Of a stretch of DNA of 64,000 bases, positions 26,339 to 35,805 are shown piece by piece. Below the pieces are notes generated by a model. That model was not told the DNA's origin. It made no database searches and worked only from the letters and a program-made list of their open reading frames with translations. Origin of the DNA: Bacteroidia bacterium (GTDB lineage Bacteria; Bacteroidota; Bacteroidia; NS11-12g; UBA955). Within the stretch, counting starts at the first letter, position 1. Each line of letters opens with the position of its first letter. Location of the stretch: assembly GCA_030158725.1 (NCBI GenBank), contig JAOASJ010000036.1, forward strand, positions 7,776 through 71,775, written 5' to 3'. The translations under genes were made by a program, and so were the position numbers.

Positions 26339-28831
26339 ATGTATAGAATACTACTAATTATAAGCTTTCTCATAACTTCGCTAAGCTCATTTTCTCAAAC
26401 ATTTACTAAATTTGGGGATGGTCTTAACATTCGTACATTTTATCATCAGCAAGGAATTAACTACTATTTAAGTTGCAGCGATTCAAATGAAAATGTATAT
26501 GGAATTTATTATGACACTGTTAGTTCAGGTTTTAATTTTGGAAATGAGTTTACTCAAGTAAGATTGCAGGTATACAACGGACTGACTTGGCTTTATAGTA
26601 AACCAGTAAAGCTATACAATAAATACAGTATTGATGCCCCGAGGGTCCTAGACATTAAACTAATAAATGGGAAAATATGGATAAGTGGTAGTTTTGATTC
26701 CAGCGAAAACAACATGGGTGCAGGCGTCTTAGTTTTTAATGGCGTAAGTTGGGAATCAGCACAAATTAAACTATATCAAACCTACAAAGATTATTTCGAA
26801 GTTAGGCAAATTTTAAACATTAAGAATCAAATTTTACTTACTGGTAATTTTGACTCTATTGCAGGCACAAAATGCAATGGCATTGTATATTATGATGGCA
26901 GTAATTGGGGACCAATTGGCAACATCCAACCATACGGATTTAATGGTGTATCAAGCGTAAGCAATGTCTTTTTTAACAGAGCAATTGACAGTTTATATAT
27001 TTACAACAAAAACAAAATCTCACCCGACAGTATTGACATCTCTGGGAGGACATATAGAAAACTAGCTGTACTAAGAAACAATCAATTTGAACAAATAAAT
27101 GTGCCATTTGCCCATATTGCAGCTATAAGTTCATTCAACAAAAAACTTTTAATCATACCTACTTCTAATTTAATTTATATTTCAAGTATCGCCATTCAAA
27201 ATGGCAATTCATGGAACACTTTTTCATTAAAAGATTCCTTTTATGCAACCAATTATATTGGAGGATTTGAACAAAAAAATTTCTTGTATATACTTTTCCA
27301 GAATCCAATCCTTTCTCAAATTGATGTATTTAGATTTAATGGAACAGAAATCATAAAATTAAAAAGTTTCAAGATAGCCAATCAGTATATTAATCTAAAT
27401 TATAATGAAGAAAGCTATTTGCATATTATAACAGGACCAATTTCTGAAGTAAAGCAAGATGATTATGGATTAAAAACGAACAGAATTATTGGAATAGATT
27501 ACTTGCCCCAAACTAAAGTTTATGGTACAACTTTCAACGATTTGAATAATGATGGCATTAAACAAATTAATGAAAGCACCATTCCCAATTGCAAAGTGTA
27601 TGATGTCAATAACAAGTATATGACGATTTCCAACAATGAAGGTTTATTTGAATTAACACTTAGCAAAGGAAACAGTTATACATTAAAGGCAAACAATGAA
27701 TATGGGTATGAGTCTGCTATAGATTTCCCTCTAATCAATCCAATAGATAGTTTATATAACATGAATATTGGGTTAATCTCAAAAAATGAAAATGACATTA
27801 GAATCAAAATCATAGCCCATACAGCAAAAAAAGCGAAACAAGGATTTGTAAGCCGTTATGAAATTCAAATTAGCAATTTCACTGCATCAAAATTCACCGG
27901 TAATATTACAGTTGAGCATATGCCCAAAATCAAAGATTTGAAATTTGAGAATTTTACCGTTTTAAATCAGAACAAAACTAGTTTTACATTTTTCACATCA
28001 ATCGAATCAAATCAAGTAAACAAATTACTATATACCTGTGTGTATGCAGTAGATAGTTTTGCAATCAATGATTTGGTAAAAACCAATGCCAAATTATTTT
28101 CATTTGATTCTAAAACCAGCAACAATTTTGATACTTTAGTCCAAACTGTCGTTTCTGCGTTTGACCCAAATATAAAAGAAGCATTTCCGAATGAATTGGT
28201 CAACATTGAAAAGGAAATAAACTATACCATTTGGTTTCAAAATGAAGGCAATGACACAGCATTAAATGTTTGTGTAATCGATTCATTTGGCAGTTTATTT
28301 AGTTTAAAAGACATTCATATTACAAGCGATAGCAAAGGAGGCACAATTATACCTGATGTTAGAAATAATTGTTTAATATGGAATTTTAAAAACATTATGC
28401 TTCCGCCAAAATCAGTCGACTCAATTAAAAGTATTGGCTTTGTAAGTTTCAGAACAAAACTAAACAAGCAAGCAAAAATTGGAGATACCATTTTCAACAA
28501 AGCTTCCATATATTTTGATTATCAAAAACCAATAATCACAAACAATGCAAAGGTGTATTTTGCCAAGAATGTTCATATTAGCAGCAGTTCTTCTCAAGAA
28601 AATTTCACTGTGTACCCCAACCCTAATTATGGCAAATTATTCATAAGTGTAGACCTTAGCAAAACAAAGACATTCGAACTTATCAATTTTCTTGGTCAGA
28701 CTGTTTTCACCTATACAATTACAAACAGTAATGAAACAATAGATATACCAGAGAGTGTATCTAATGGTATTTATTTCATCAAATGTGATGGCATTGTATA
28801 CCGAAGTGAGCCTATAATATTAACCAGATAA
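26339..28831 (+). CDS. T9SS cargo protein (beta-propeller-like N-terminus, SdrD-B/CarboxypepD-like and DUF11-like repeat domains, type A CTD)
   Basis: 830 aa with a signal peptide. GTTFNDLNNDGIKQINESTIPNCKVYDV..., AFDPNIKEAFP...INYTIWFQNEGNDTALNV. C-terminus FTVYPNPNYGKLFISV...NGIYFIKCDGIVYRSEPIILTR. Confidence 0.7.
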   Translation: MYRILLIISFLITSLSSFSQTFTKFGDGLNIRTFYHQQGINYYLSCSDSNENVYGIYYDTVSSGFNFGNEFTQVRLQVYNGLTWLYSKPVKLYNKYSIDAPRVLDIKLINGKIWISGSFDSSENNMGAGVLVFNGVSWESAQIKLYQTYKDYFEVRQILNIKNQILLTGNFDSIAGTKCNGIVYYDGSNWGPIGNIQPYGFNGVSSVSNVFFNRAIDSLYIYNKNKISPDSIDISGRTYRKLAVLRNNQFEQINVPFAHIAAISSFNKKLLIIPTSNLIYISSIAIQNGNSWNTFSLKDSFYATNYIGGFEQKNFLYILFQNPILSQIDVFRFNGTEIIKLKSFKIANQYINLNYNEESYLHIITGPISEVKQDDYGLKTNRIIGIDYLPQTKVYGTTFNDLNNDGIKQINESTIPNCKVYDVNNKYMTISNNEGLFELTLSKGNSYTLKANNEYGYESAIDFPLINPIDSLYNMNIGLISKNENDIRIKIIAHTAKKAKQGFVSRYEIQISNFTASKFTGNITVEHMPKIKDLKFENFTVLNQNKTSFTFFTSIESNQVNKLLYTCVYAVDSFAINDLVKTNAKLFSFDSKTSNNFDTLVQTVVSAFDPNIKEAFPNELVNIEKEINYTIWFQNEGNDTALNVCVIDSFGSLFSLKDIHITSDSKGGTIIPDVRNNCLIWNFKNIMLPPKSVDSIKSIGFVSFRTKLNKQAKIGDTIFNKASIYFDYQKPIITNNAKVYFAKNVHISSSSSQENFTVYPNPNYGKLFISVDLSKTKTFELINFLGQTVFTYTITNSNETIDIPESVSNGIYFIKCDGIVYRSEPIILTR

Positions 28832-28857
28832 AAAATGAAGAAGTTATAACAAAAGCG

Positions 28858-29139
28858 TTATTTAACTTTTCCAGACATTATCTTATTAATCCAAGTAAGC
28901 AACTTATTTTCTTTCACCTTAGTTCCCAAATCAAAACCGTTTTCACGCAGCAGATTTACTGCCATTTCAGCCTGCTCATTAGGGACCATTAATTGAACAC
29001 CTCCTAGCGCGTTTGACAGCAAAGGATCTACTTGAGCATTTATCTCATTGTTTAAAAAAGTTTGGATGCCTTGAGAATCCAGAAAAGACCTCATTACAGC
29101 AGCATCGGTTGGGTATGTGAACGTTTTAATTGTATACAA
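28858..29139 (-). CDS. DUF2007-like small protein
   Basis: The track start (29196) overlaps the upstream gene by 56 nt. A TTG at 29139, directly after that gene's TAA (29141-29143), gives LYTIKTFTYPTDAAVMRSFLDSQGI..., a typical DUF2007 N-terminus. The start remains uncertain. Confidence 0.5.
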   Translation of the reverse strand: MYTIKTFTYPTDAAVMRSFLDSQGIQTFLNNEINAQVDPLLSNALGGVQLMVPNEQAEMAVNLLRENGFDLGTKVKENKLLTWINKIMSGKVK

Positions 29140-29140
29140 A

Positions 29141-30403
29141 TTATTGGATTTGAAGTTTGGAAATAAAAGATTGAAACAAGGAAAAAGCTTGATCAAAATT
29201 CGTTAGAGGCAAGGCACTTGCTTTATCATTAACGTCGTGGTAAAATGGGTACGGACCCATTAAATAAAAGAAAAATGCTGGGACACCAGATTGGGCAAAC
29301 CAATAATGGTCGCTGTTTGCGGCCTTCCCTCTTATTTTTATTTCAGGCAAGTATTTTTCTTTATCATTGATGCTTTTGAGTAATTGAAACTCACTGGGGT
29401 TTAGGGTTCCATTAACCACCATAACGCCATCGGCTCCATTCCCCATTAGGTCAATATTGACTAAAAACTTAATATCTGATAAAGGCGTTAAAGGATGCTC
29501 AACATAATAATGAGAGCCAATTAAACCAGCTTCTTCTCCAGAAAAAGCAATAAACACGATAGAATATTTGGGTTTATTGATTTGAAAGTACTTTGCTAAA
29601 TTGAGCATCATCGCAATTCCGCTAGCATTGTCGTTGGCCCCAGGAAAAACTGTTTTGTTTCCCATCATTCCAAGATGGTCGTAATGGGCAGTAACATATA
29701 TAAAACTGTCTTTAAATTTAGAACCTTCAATGTATCCGATGACATTTCTTGAAACATTCTTTTTTATAAAATTGCTTTTAACTTTAATTTCAAAAAAAGA
29801 GATTGAGTCTCTATTGAAAATATCTGATCTAAGAATAATTACGGGAACTTTGGATTGTTTCTGGCTGCAAGACCAAGTCAGTTTATCACTTGTCAATTTA
29901 ATTATTAATTGATTTCTAGGGTCGGAAACATAATGCTTCAAATTAATTGCAGCATCAATAAAGTATTTGTTGTTAAAGGTATCAATAACTGCAGCTTTAA
30001 CTTTTCCACCCCAAATGTCGTATTGGTTAACAGAATCAAGCGATTGAATGGACATAAACTTCGCGATTCCTTTAAAATTGATTGAAGGGCAGCTTGGGTC
30101 GACAAGGTAATCGACACCCGGAACAAGGCGTTTCCCATTGTATAGTAGTTCTATTTCTCCAGGAAAAGTATTAACTGAAAAATCAAATTCTTGAAAATAG
30201 TCATTTCCAAAACTTTTAAGGCCTATGGATTTAAACTCCTTACTTATAAAATTGGAAGCGAGTTGGTCGCCTTTATTGACATATCCCCTTCCAGCCATTT
30301 TTTTACTGCAAAGAGTTTCAATGATTTTTTTGGTATAAGTTGAATCTTGCGCAAATAGATTCGAAAAACAAACTAGAAAAAGGGTCGCGATACTTAATTT
30401 CAT
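29141..30403 (-). CDS. M28 family metallopeptidase (aminopeptidase)
   Basis: 420 aa with a signal peptide. NVIGYIEG...VTAHYDHLG...GANDNASGIAMMLNLAKYF...FIAFSGEEAGLIGSHYY. A -7 box (plus-strand CAAAAATA) lies at 30413-30420. Confidence 0.85.
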   Translation of the reverse strand: MKLSIATLFLVCFSNLFAQDSTYTKKIIETLCSKKMAGRGYVNKGDQLASNFISKEFKSIGLKSFGNDYFQEFDFSVNTFPGEIELLYNGKRLVPGVDYLVDPSCPSINFKGIAKFMSIQSLDSVNQYDIWGGKVKAAVIDTFNNKYFIDAAINLKHYVSDPRNQLIIKLTSDKLTWSCSQKQSKVPVIILRSDIFNRDSISFFEIKVKSNFIKKNVSRNVIGYIEGSKFKDSFIYVTAHYDHLGMMGNKTVFPGANDNASGIAMMLNLAKYFQINKPKYSIVFIAFSGEEAGLIGSHYYVEHPLTPLSDIKFLVNIDLMGNGADGVMVVNGTLNPSEFQLLKSINDKEKYLPEIKIRGKAANSDHYWFAQSGVPAFFFYLMGPYPFYHDVNDKASALPLTNFDQAFSLFQSFISKLQIQ

Positions 30404-30569
30404 TTAATATTTCAAAAATAAACTAAAAGATTAGAAATTTATCTTAAAATTTACCAAATCTAAGCTCACTAATAGCAAGGAAGTATATGGGGCCAATAAA
30501 TTTCTGAAAAAAAATTGTGATTTTATTTCAAAAATATAGTTATTTGCACCAACCAAAAAAAAATACATC

Positions 30570-30806
30570 ATGTCAGAAGTAGCAGAAAAAGTAAAGTCAA
30601 TCATCGTTGACAAATTAGGAGTTGAAGAAAGCGAAGTAACGCCAGAGGCGAGTTTCACAAACGACCTAGGTGCAGATTCATTAGATACAGTTGAATTGAT
30701 CATGGAATTTGAAAAAGAATTCAACATTGCAATTCCTGATGAGCAAGCCGAAAAAATCGGTACTGTTGGCGATGCGATTTCATACATCGAAAACAACTCT
30801 AAGTAA
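30570..30806 (+). CDS. acpP: Acyl carrier protein
   Basis: 78 aa with the [16 protein letters not shown] phosphopantetheine site. Confidence 0.95.
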   Translation: MSEVAEKVKSIIVDKLGVEESEVTPEASFTNDLGADSLDTVELIMEFEKEFNIAIPDEQAEKIGTVGDAISYIENNSK

Positions 30807-30827
30807 TTTTTATCCTATAACATATAC

Positions 30828-32075
30828 ATGCAATTTAAACGTGTAGTAGTTACAGGAATGGGAGCCCTTACTCCATTGGGCAACGACCTCCAATCGTATT
30901 GGAATGGATTGGCCAATGGTGTAAGCGGAGCCGACGCGATTACGCTTTTCGACACGACCAAGTTCCGAGCTAATTTTGCTTGTGAAGTGAAAAATTTCAA
31001 TCCTGAAAATTTCATGGACCGCAAAGAAGCTAGAAAAATGGATCGTTTTGCTCAGTTTGCTAATGTAACAACAGAAGAAGCTATTAAAGACTCTGGTTTA
31101 GATCTTGAAAAGATTGACAAAACTAGAGTTGGAGTTATTTGGGGATCTGGAATTGGAGGTTTAACCTCATTTTTCCACGAAAGTGCCGATTTCGCAAAAG
31201 GCGATGGTACGCCTAGATTTTCACCATTCTTTATTACCAAAATGATATCAGATATAGCTGGTGGTTTGGTGAGTATTAAATATGGATTTGGTGGGCCAAA
31301 CTATACAACAGTATCAGCTTGTGCCTCTAGTAACAATGCCCTAATCGATGCATTTAACATGATTAGATTGGGTAAAAGTCCTGTAATCATTACAGGTGGA
31401 TCAGAAGCTTGTGTGAATGAACCAGCAGTTGGTGGTTTTACGAGCATGAAAGCATTAAGTGAAAGAAATGATTCTCCAAAAACTGCATCGCGTCCTTTCG
31501 ATAAAGATAGAGACGGATTTGTATTAGGAGAAGGTTCTGCTGCTCTAGTATTAGAAGAATACGAGCACGCAATAGCAAGAGGCGCGCGCATTTATTGTGA
31601 AGTTGCCGGAACAGGAATGAGTGCTGATGCATACCATATGACTGCTCCACATCCAGAAGGATTGGGCGTAATCAGATGTATGAATTGGGCATTAGAAGAA
31701 GCCAATCTAAACATTAATGATATTGATTACATTAACGTTCATGGTACTTCTACTCCTTTGGGAGACATTGCTGAATTAAAAGCGATACAATCCGTATTCG
31801 GAGAGCAAGCATACAAGCTAAATATTAGTTCTACTAAATCAATGACTGGTCACCTTTTAGGTGGTGCAGGAGCTGTTGAAGCTGTAGCATCTATTATGGC
31901 CATGCAACATAGCCTTGTACCTCCTACAATCAATCATTTTACCGACGATGAAAATATTGATTCAAAACTAAATTTAACATTTAATACCGCTCAAAAGAGA
32001 GATATTAAAGTTGCAATTAGCAACACCTTTGGTTTTGGTGGACACAATGCATCTGTCATCTTCAAAAAGATCTAA
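30828..32075 (+). CDS. fabF: Beta-ketoacyl-ACP synthase II
   Basis: 415 aa. RVVVTGMG, active-site ACASS, HGTSTPLGD, NTFGFGGHNASVIF. Confidence 0.95.
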   Translation: MQFKRVVVTGMGALTPLGNDLQSYWNGLANGVSGADAITLFDTTKFRANFACEVKNFNPENFMDRKEARKMDRFAQFANVTTEEAIKDSGLDLEKIDKTRVGVIWGSGIGGLTSFFHESADFAKGDGTPRFSPFFITKMISDIAGGLVSIKYGFGGPNYTTVSACASSNNALIDAFNMIRLGKSPVIITGGSEACVNEPAVGGFTSMKALSERNDSPKTASRPFDKDRDGFVLGEGSAALVLEEYEHAIARGARIYCEVAGTGMSADAYHMTAPHPEGLGVIRCMNWALEEANLNINDIDYINVHGTSTPLGDIAELKAIQSVFGEQAYKLNISSTKSMTGHLLGGAGAVEAVASIMAMQHSLVPPTINHFTDDENIDSKLNLTFNTAQKRDIKVAISNTFGFGGHNASVIFKKI

Positions 32076-32096
32076 TCTTAAAAACAGAAATGTAAT

Positions 32097-32825
32097 TTGA
32101 TTCTAGATTTTTTTAAAGCTAATTTTTCAAAAGACAAAAAACTTTACCAAAAGCTATATAATATTCTTGGGTTTTATCCGAGTAACATAAGCCTGTATAA
32201 GGTTGCAATTACTCATAATTCCTTTAGGCATCACGTAGCAAAAGATTCTCGTTCAGGTAACAATGAACGCCTAGAGTTTTTAGGCGATGCGGTATTGGGA
32301 ATGATAGTGGCAGAAAAACTTTACTTAAAATTCCCTTATCAAAACGAAGGCTTTTTAACAGAAATGCGCTCAAAGATTGTTGGGCGCACCAAGTTAAACC
32401 ATATTGCAAAAAAAATGGGGATTCACCAGATTTTGCACTATGATGCTAAATTAAAAAACAACCCTGTCTTTTTAGATTCCATATCGGGTAATGCCTTTGA
32501 ATCATTGGTTGGCGCGATATATCTAGACAAAGGATTTGAATTCACTAAAACCTTTATTTTAAACAAGATACTTGAGCAACACATAGACTTTGATGCTCTG
32601 TTGTTACAAGAGTTAAGTTACAAAGCAAAGCTTGTCAAATGGGCTCAAAAGGAAAAGCGGGTTATCGATTTTAATCTTAAAAGTGTTGATATTGAAAACA
32701 AGCGTAAAATTTACGAGGTTTCAATATTGTTAGACGGTGAAGAATTGGTTACTGGAAGAAACCATTCTAAGAAAATAGCCGAAGAAATTGCGAGTGAAAA
32801 ATGTTGTATTTTATTAACTATATAA
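32097..32825 (+). CDS. rnc: Ribonuclease III
   Basis: 242 aa. NERLEFLGDAVLG catalytic signature plus a C-terminal dsRBD. TTG start is tentative. Confidence 0.9.
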   Translation: MILDFFKANFSKDKKLYQKLYNILGFYPSNISLYKVAITHNSFRHHVAKDSRSGNNERLEFLGDAVLGMIVAEKLYLKFPYQNEGFLTEMRSKIVGRTKLNHIAKKMGIHQILHYDAKLKNNPVFLDSISGNAFESLVGAIYLDKGFEFTKTFILNKILEQHIDFDALLLQELSYKAKLVKWAQKEKRVIDFNLKSVDIENKRKIYEVSILLDGEELVTGRNHSKKIAEEIASEKCCILLTI

Positions 32826-33861
32826 AACGCTTCACATCAACTTCCTCGTCAATCATTCCATTATCGTAAATAAACCTTGAAAGCATTTTGCTGTAATACG
32901 GGGCATGGGAAACCCCTTTTGACCCAAAACCATTTAAAATAAATGCATTGGGATGACAATCTAAGCGACCTAAAATAGGACGTCTATCCAAAGAAGATGG
33001 CCTCACTCCTGCTACTTGATTTGTTACTTCAAATGGGGCTTTATACCACTTACAAAGCTTTTGGATAATTTCTAATTTTGCCTCTTCTGTAGGCAAATTG
33101 TCCAATTTATTCCAGGTAAAATTTGAACCGACTCTATATTTATTATTGGAAATAGGCAATAAAAAAACACCATTTTGAGGAATCATATCGGAAATATGTT
33201 CTTCAGATTCAATAGTCAAAATCTCTCCTTTTGCTGGCTTTAATCGTATATTTGAAGTAAACTTATTTTGATCTATCCCAGTGCCTTGGCAAAAAACTAC
33301 ATTTTTAAAAGTGAAGTCATTGTATTGAAAATTATCATTGTTTACGATCAAGTTATTGTCATCAAACATTTGGTTAAAAAACAGATTTGGTGAAGGAATA
33401 TTGGCAATAAAAGAATCTAAGAACAAGGGAATATCAACCCAACCAGAATCGAGAATATCGATGTAACCGAAGTCTGAAATCACTTGATCGGCTATTCTTT
33501 CATTTTTAACCATTACAAAATCGCTAAACCACTCGGCTTCAGACAAAGAAGCCCAATCATTTAATTCACGTAAATTTTCGATGATATAAGCCACTTGGTG
33601 CCGATGGCAAAACTTCTGATGCAAAAGAACTTCCAATTCATGGTAACTAGAATACAGATTTGGGTACAAATTTTTGGCATTGTAAGACACCTTTTGTCTT
33701 TTGGCTAAAAGCGGATTGTAAATACCTGCTGCAACCCTTGAACTATTGTTTTCATCCTTTAAATCCAATAAAACAAATGTTTTGTTTTCCTGCATGAACC
33801 TAAAAGCCATCCATACCCCTGCTAATCCCGCTCCAACTATCAGATTGTCAAATTTTTGCAT
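32818..33861 (-). CDS. FAD-dependent oxidoreductase (DAO family)
   Basis: 347 aa. N-terminal dinucleotide fold NLIVGAGLAGVWMAF. The 3' end overlaps the rnc stop by 8 nt (convergent). Confidence 0.7.
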   Translation of the reverse strand: MQKFDNLIVGAGLAGVWMAFRFMQENKTFVLLDLKDENNSSRVAAGIYNPLLAKRQKVSYNAKNLYPNLYSSYHELEVLLHQKFCHRHQVAYIIENLRELNDWASLSEAEWFSDFVMVKNERIADQVISDFGYIDILDSGWVDIPLFLDSFIANIPSPNLFFNQMFDDNNLIVNNDNFQYNDFTFKNVVFCQGTGIDQNKFTSNIRLKPAKGEILTIESEEHISDMIPQNGVFLLPISNNKYRVGSNFTWNKLDNLPTEEAKLEIIQKLCKWYKAPFEVTNQVAGVRPSSLDRRPILGRLDCHPNAFILNGFGSKGVSHAPYYSKMLSRFIYDNGMIDEEVDVKRFI

Positions 33862-33913
33862 ATTATTTTTAAGTATTTATACTTATGACTTTCAAGTCTA
33901 GTATTTTTTACCT

Positions 33914-33929
33914 TATCTTTGCAAAGATA
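33914..33929. promoter_or_regulatory. 16-bp perfect palindrome TATCTTTGCAAAGATA, two back-to-back -7 boxes in a divergent intergenic region
   Basis: TATCTTTG at 33914-33921 on the plus strand and its mirror at 33922-33929 each match TAnnTTTG. It lies between the divergent genes at 33861 (minus) and 33956 (plus). Confidence 0.45.
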
Positions 33930-33955
33930 CAAAACTATCACCGCGTTATACACAA

Positions 33956-35359
33956 ATGCAAACTAGAAGACAATTTATTAAAACCGCTGCCTTGGCTTTG
34001 CCCGCAATGTCATTGGCCAGCATACTCTTAAGCTCATGCAGCAAGAGTGAAATTATTGCCCCGAAAAAGAAACTGAAAGTTGGAATTATAGGGGCAGGAA
34101 TTTCAGGTTTGGAAACAGCTAAAATTTTATTTGATCAAAAGCAATTTGAAATTGAATTGCTTGAAGCAAGTGATAATATTGGTGGTAGAATAAATTTAAG
34201 TGAATCTGTATTCGGTTCTTACAACATTGAAATGGGCGCTGACTCATCTTACGGGGACCAAAATAAATGGTATAACATGTTAAGGACGGCTCAAACATTT
34301 GAGACAAATTCAAAAAGTCCTTCTTCATTTTATTTAAATGGCAGTGCTTTAACATTAAATGAACTAAACAAAGATTCAGATTATTTAAAACTGTTGAATT
34401 CAACTCAAGACATCAGTGCTTACAGTGGAAGCAATGAAGTTTCAGTGGCACAGTATATCGAATCTAAAAACATTCCTGAACGCGTTAAGTTCATATTTGA
34501 AAACAGAACTGAAGAAAAGATAGGAACAAGTATTGAAAGAGCTTCAATTGCTTTAAATTCAAGTGAAAGCTTAAGTAAGATTGATGCCAATATGTTCCAT
34601 ATTTCTGGCAACAACAGTCAAGATATTTTATACAGAGAATATGGTTCAATTTTACCTTATGTAAAAAACAACACGGCTATAAGTTCAATTGACTATACTG
34701 GAAGTAAAGTAAAAGTTCGCGATCAAAATCAAGTCTTAAGAGAATATGATTTCGTTGTGCTTACAGTTCCTGTATCAATTCTAAAACTACAATCAAACGA
34801 AATAAATTCAATACAGTTTTCACCTTCACTTCCGGAATCTAAAATTGCGGCGATGAATAAAATTGGAATGGATGGAGCTGTTAAGATTGCTATTAAAACC
34901 AATAGAAAATTTTGGCATGAAGATTCTAAGTCAATTTACACCAAAGGTAAAATTGGCAAATATGAAGTGGTGAGTGAAGACCCTGCAAACAATTCATACA
35001 TACTTACTGCAACTGTCATGGGCGCTTATGCTGAGAACGAATTGTATTCAATGCGTGAATCAGAAATTATGACTTTAATTCAAAATGAATGGGCAATGTA
35101 TATTGGCACTTCAGCATCAGATTCTTTGGTTTCTTGTCATGTAAAGAATTGGAGTAAAGAACCTTTTATTAAAGGTGCTTTTTCTTACCACAAACTAGGC
35201 GGAGAAGCTGAAACCAGAAAAGAATTAGCTAAATCTGTTAATTCTAAAATATTCTTCGCAGGTGAGGCCTGCAACACCAACAAAAACAGCGGCACTGTTC
35301 ATGGTGCAATTGAAACCGCTAGTGTGGTTTGCAAAGAAATTATTGCATTGGCAGTATGA
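33956..35359 (+). CDS. Tat-exported lipoprotein flavin amine oxidase
   Basis: 467 aa. Twin-arginine signal MQTRRQFIKTAALALPAMSLASILLSSC with a lipobox Cys. VGIIGAGISGLETAK dinucleotide fold. C-terminal FFAGEA...GTVHGAIETA is typical of the amine oxidase family. Confidence 0.8.
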   Translation: MQTRRQFIKTAALALPAMSLASILLSSCSKSEIIAPKKKLKVGIIGAGISGLETAKILFDQKQFEIELLEASDNIGGRINLSESVFGSYNIEMGADSSYGDQNKWYNMLRTAQTFETNSKSPSSFYLNGSALTLNELNKDSDYLKLLNSTQDISAYSGSNEVSVAQYIESKNIPERVKFIFENRTEEKIGTSIERASIALNSSESLSKIDANMFHISGNNSQDILYREYGSILPYVKNNTAISSIDYTGSKVKVRDQNQVLREYDFVVLTVPVSILKLQSNEINSIQFSPSLPESKIAAMNKIGMDGAVKIAIKTNRKFWHEDSKSIYTKGKIGKYEVVSEDPANNSYILTATVMGAYAENELYSMRESEIMTLIQNEWAMYIGTSASDSLVSCHVKNWSKEPFIKGAFSYHKLGGEAETRKELAKSVNSKIFFAGEACNTNKNSGTVHGAIETASVVCKEIIALAV

Positions 35360-35799
35360 GGTTGATTTCAATAGCTTTATTTCTCCTGTTTACATTTGCT
35401 TGCAACGAAAAGCAAAAATCCAATTTAAGCGCTACAGATTATAAAGATATTAAAGTGGTTTTGGACAGCCAAGTTAGTGCTTGGAACAAAGGAGATATCA
35501 GAACTTTTATGAAAGGCTATTGGAACTCTGACTCATTGAGATTCATTGGGAAAAATGGCGTTCGCTACGGTTACAAATCTGTAGAATCAAATTACTTGAA
35601 ACACTACAACAGCATTGAAAAAATGGGACATTTGAGTTTTGACTCTTTAGTGTTCTCAGAGATATCAGGAAACGACAAGATAGCCAATGTAACGGGGCAA
35701 TGGAAAATTACTGGCACCAATAATGCGGGCGGTTTTTTCTCTTTGTTGTTTAAAAAAGAAGACAAGAATTGGAAGATCATTGTTGACCACACTTGGTAG
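35356..35799 (+). CDS. NTF2-like (DUF4440/SnoaL-like) lipoprotein
   Basis: Start moved to the ATG at 35356 (MRLISIALFLLFTFAC, lipobox). It forms an ATGA overlap with the oxidase stop (35357-35359). AWNKGDIRTFMKGYW...WKIIVDHTW. Confidence 0.65.
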   Translation: MRLISIALFLLFTFACNEKQKSNLSATDYKDIKVVLDSQVSAWNKGDIRTFMKGYWNSDSLRFIGKNGVRYGYKSVESNYLKHYNSIEKMGHLSFDSLVFSEISGNDKIANVTGQWKITGTNNAGGFFSLLFKKEDKNWKIIVDHTW

Positions 35800-35805
35800 A
35801 TATTT

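Noticed and set aside
30431-30569. A consensus promoter upstream of acpP.
   Set aside because: The best candidate (TAGTTATTTGCA, near 30537-30548) does not match TAnnTTTG exactly and has no properly spaced TTTG. It is plausible but unsupported, so I did not list it as a feature.
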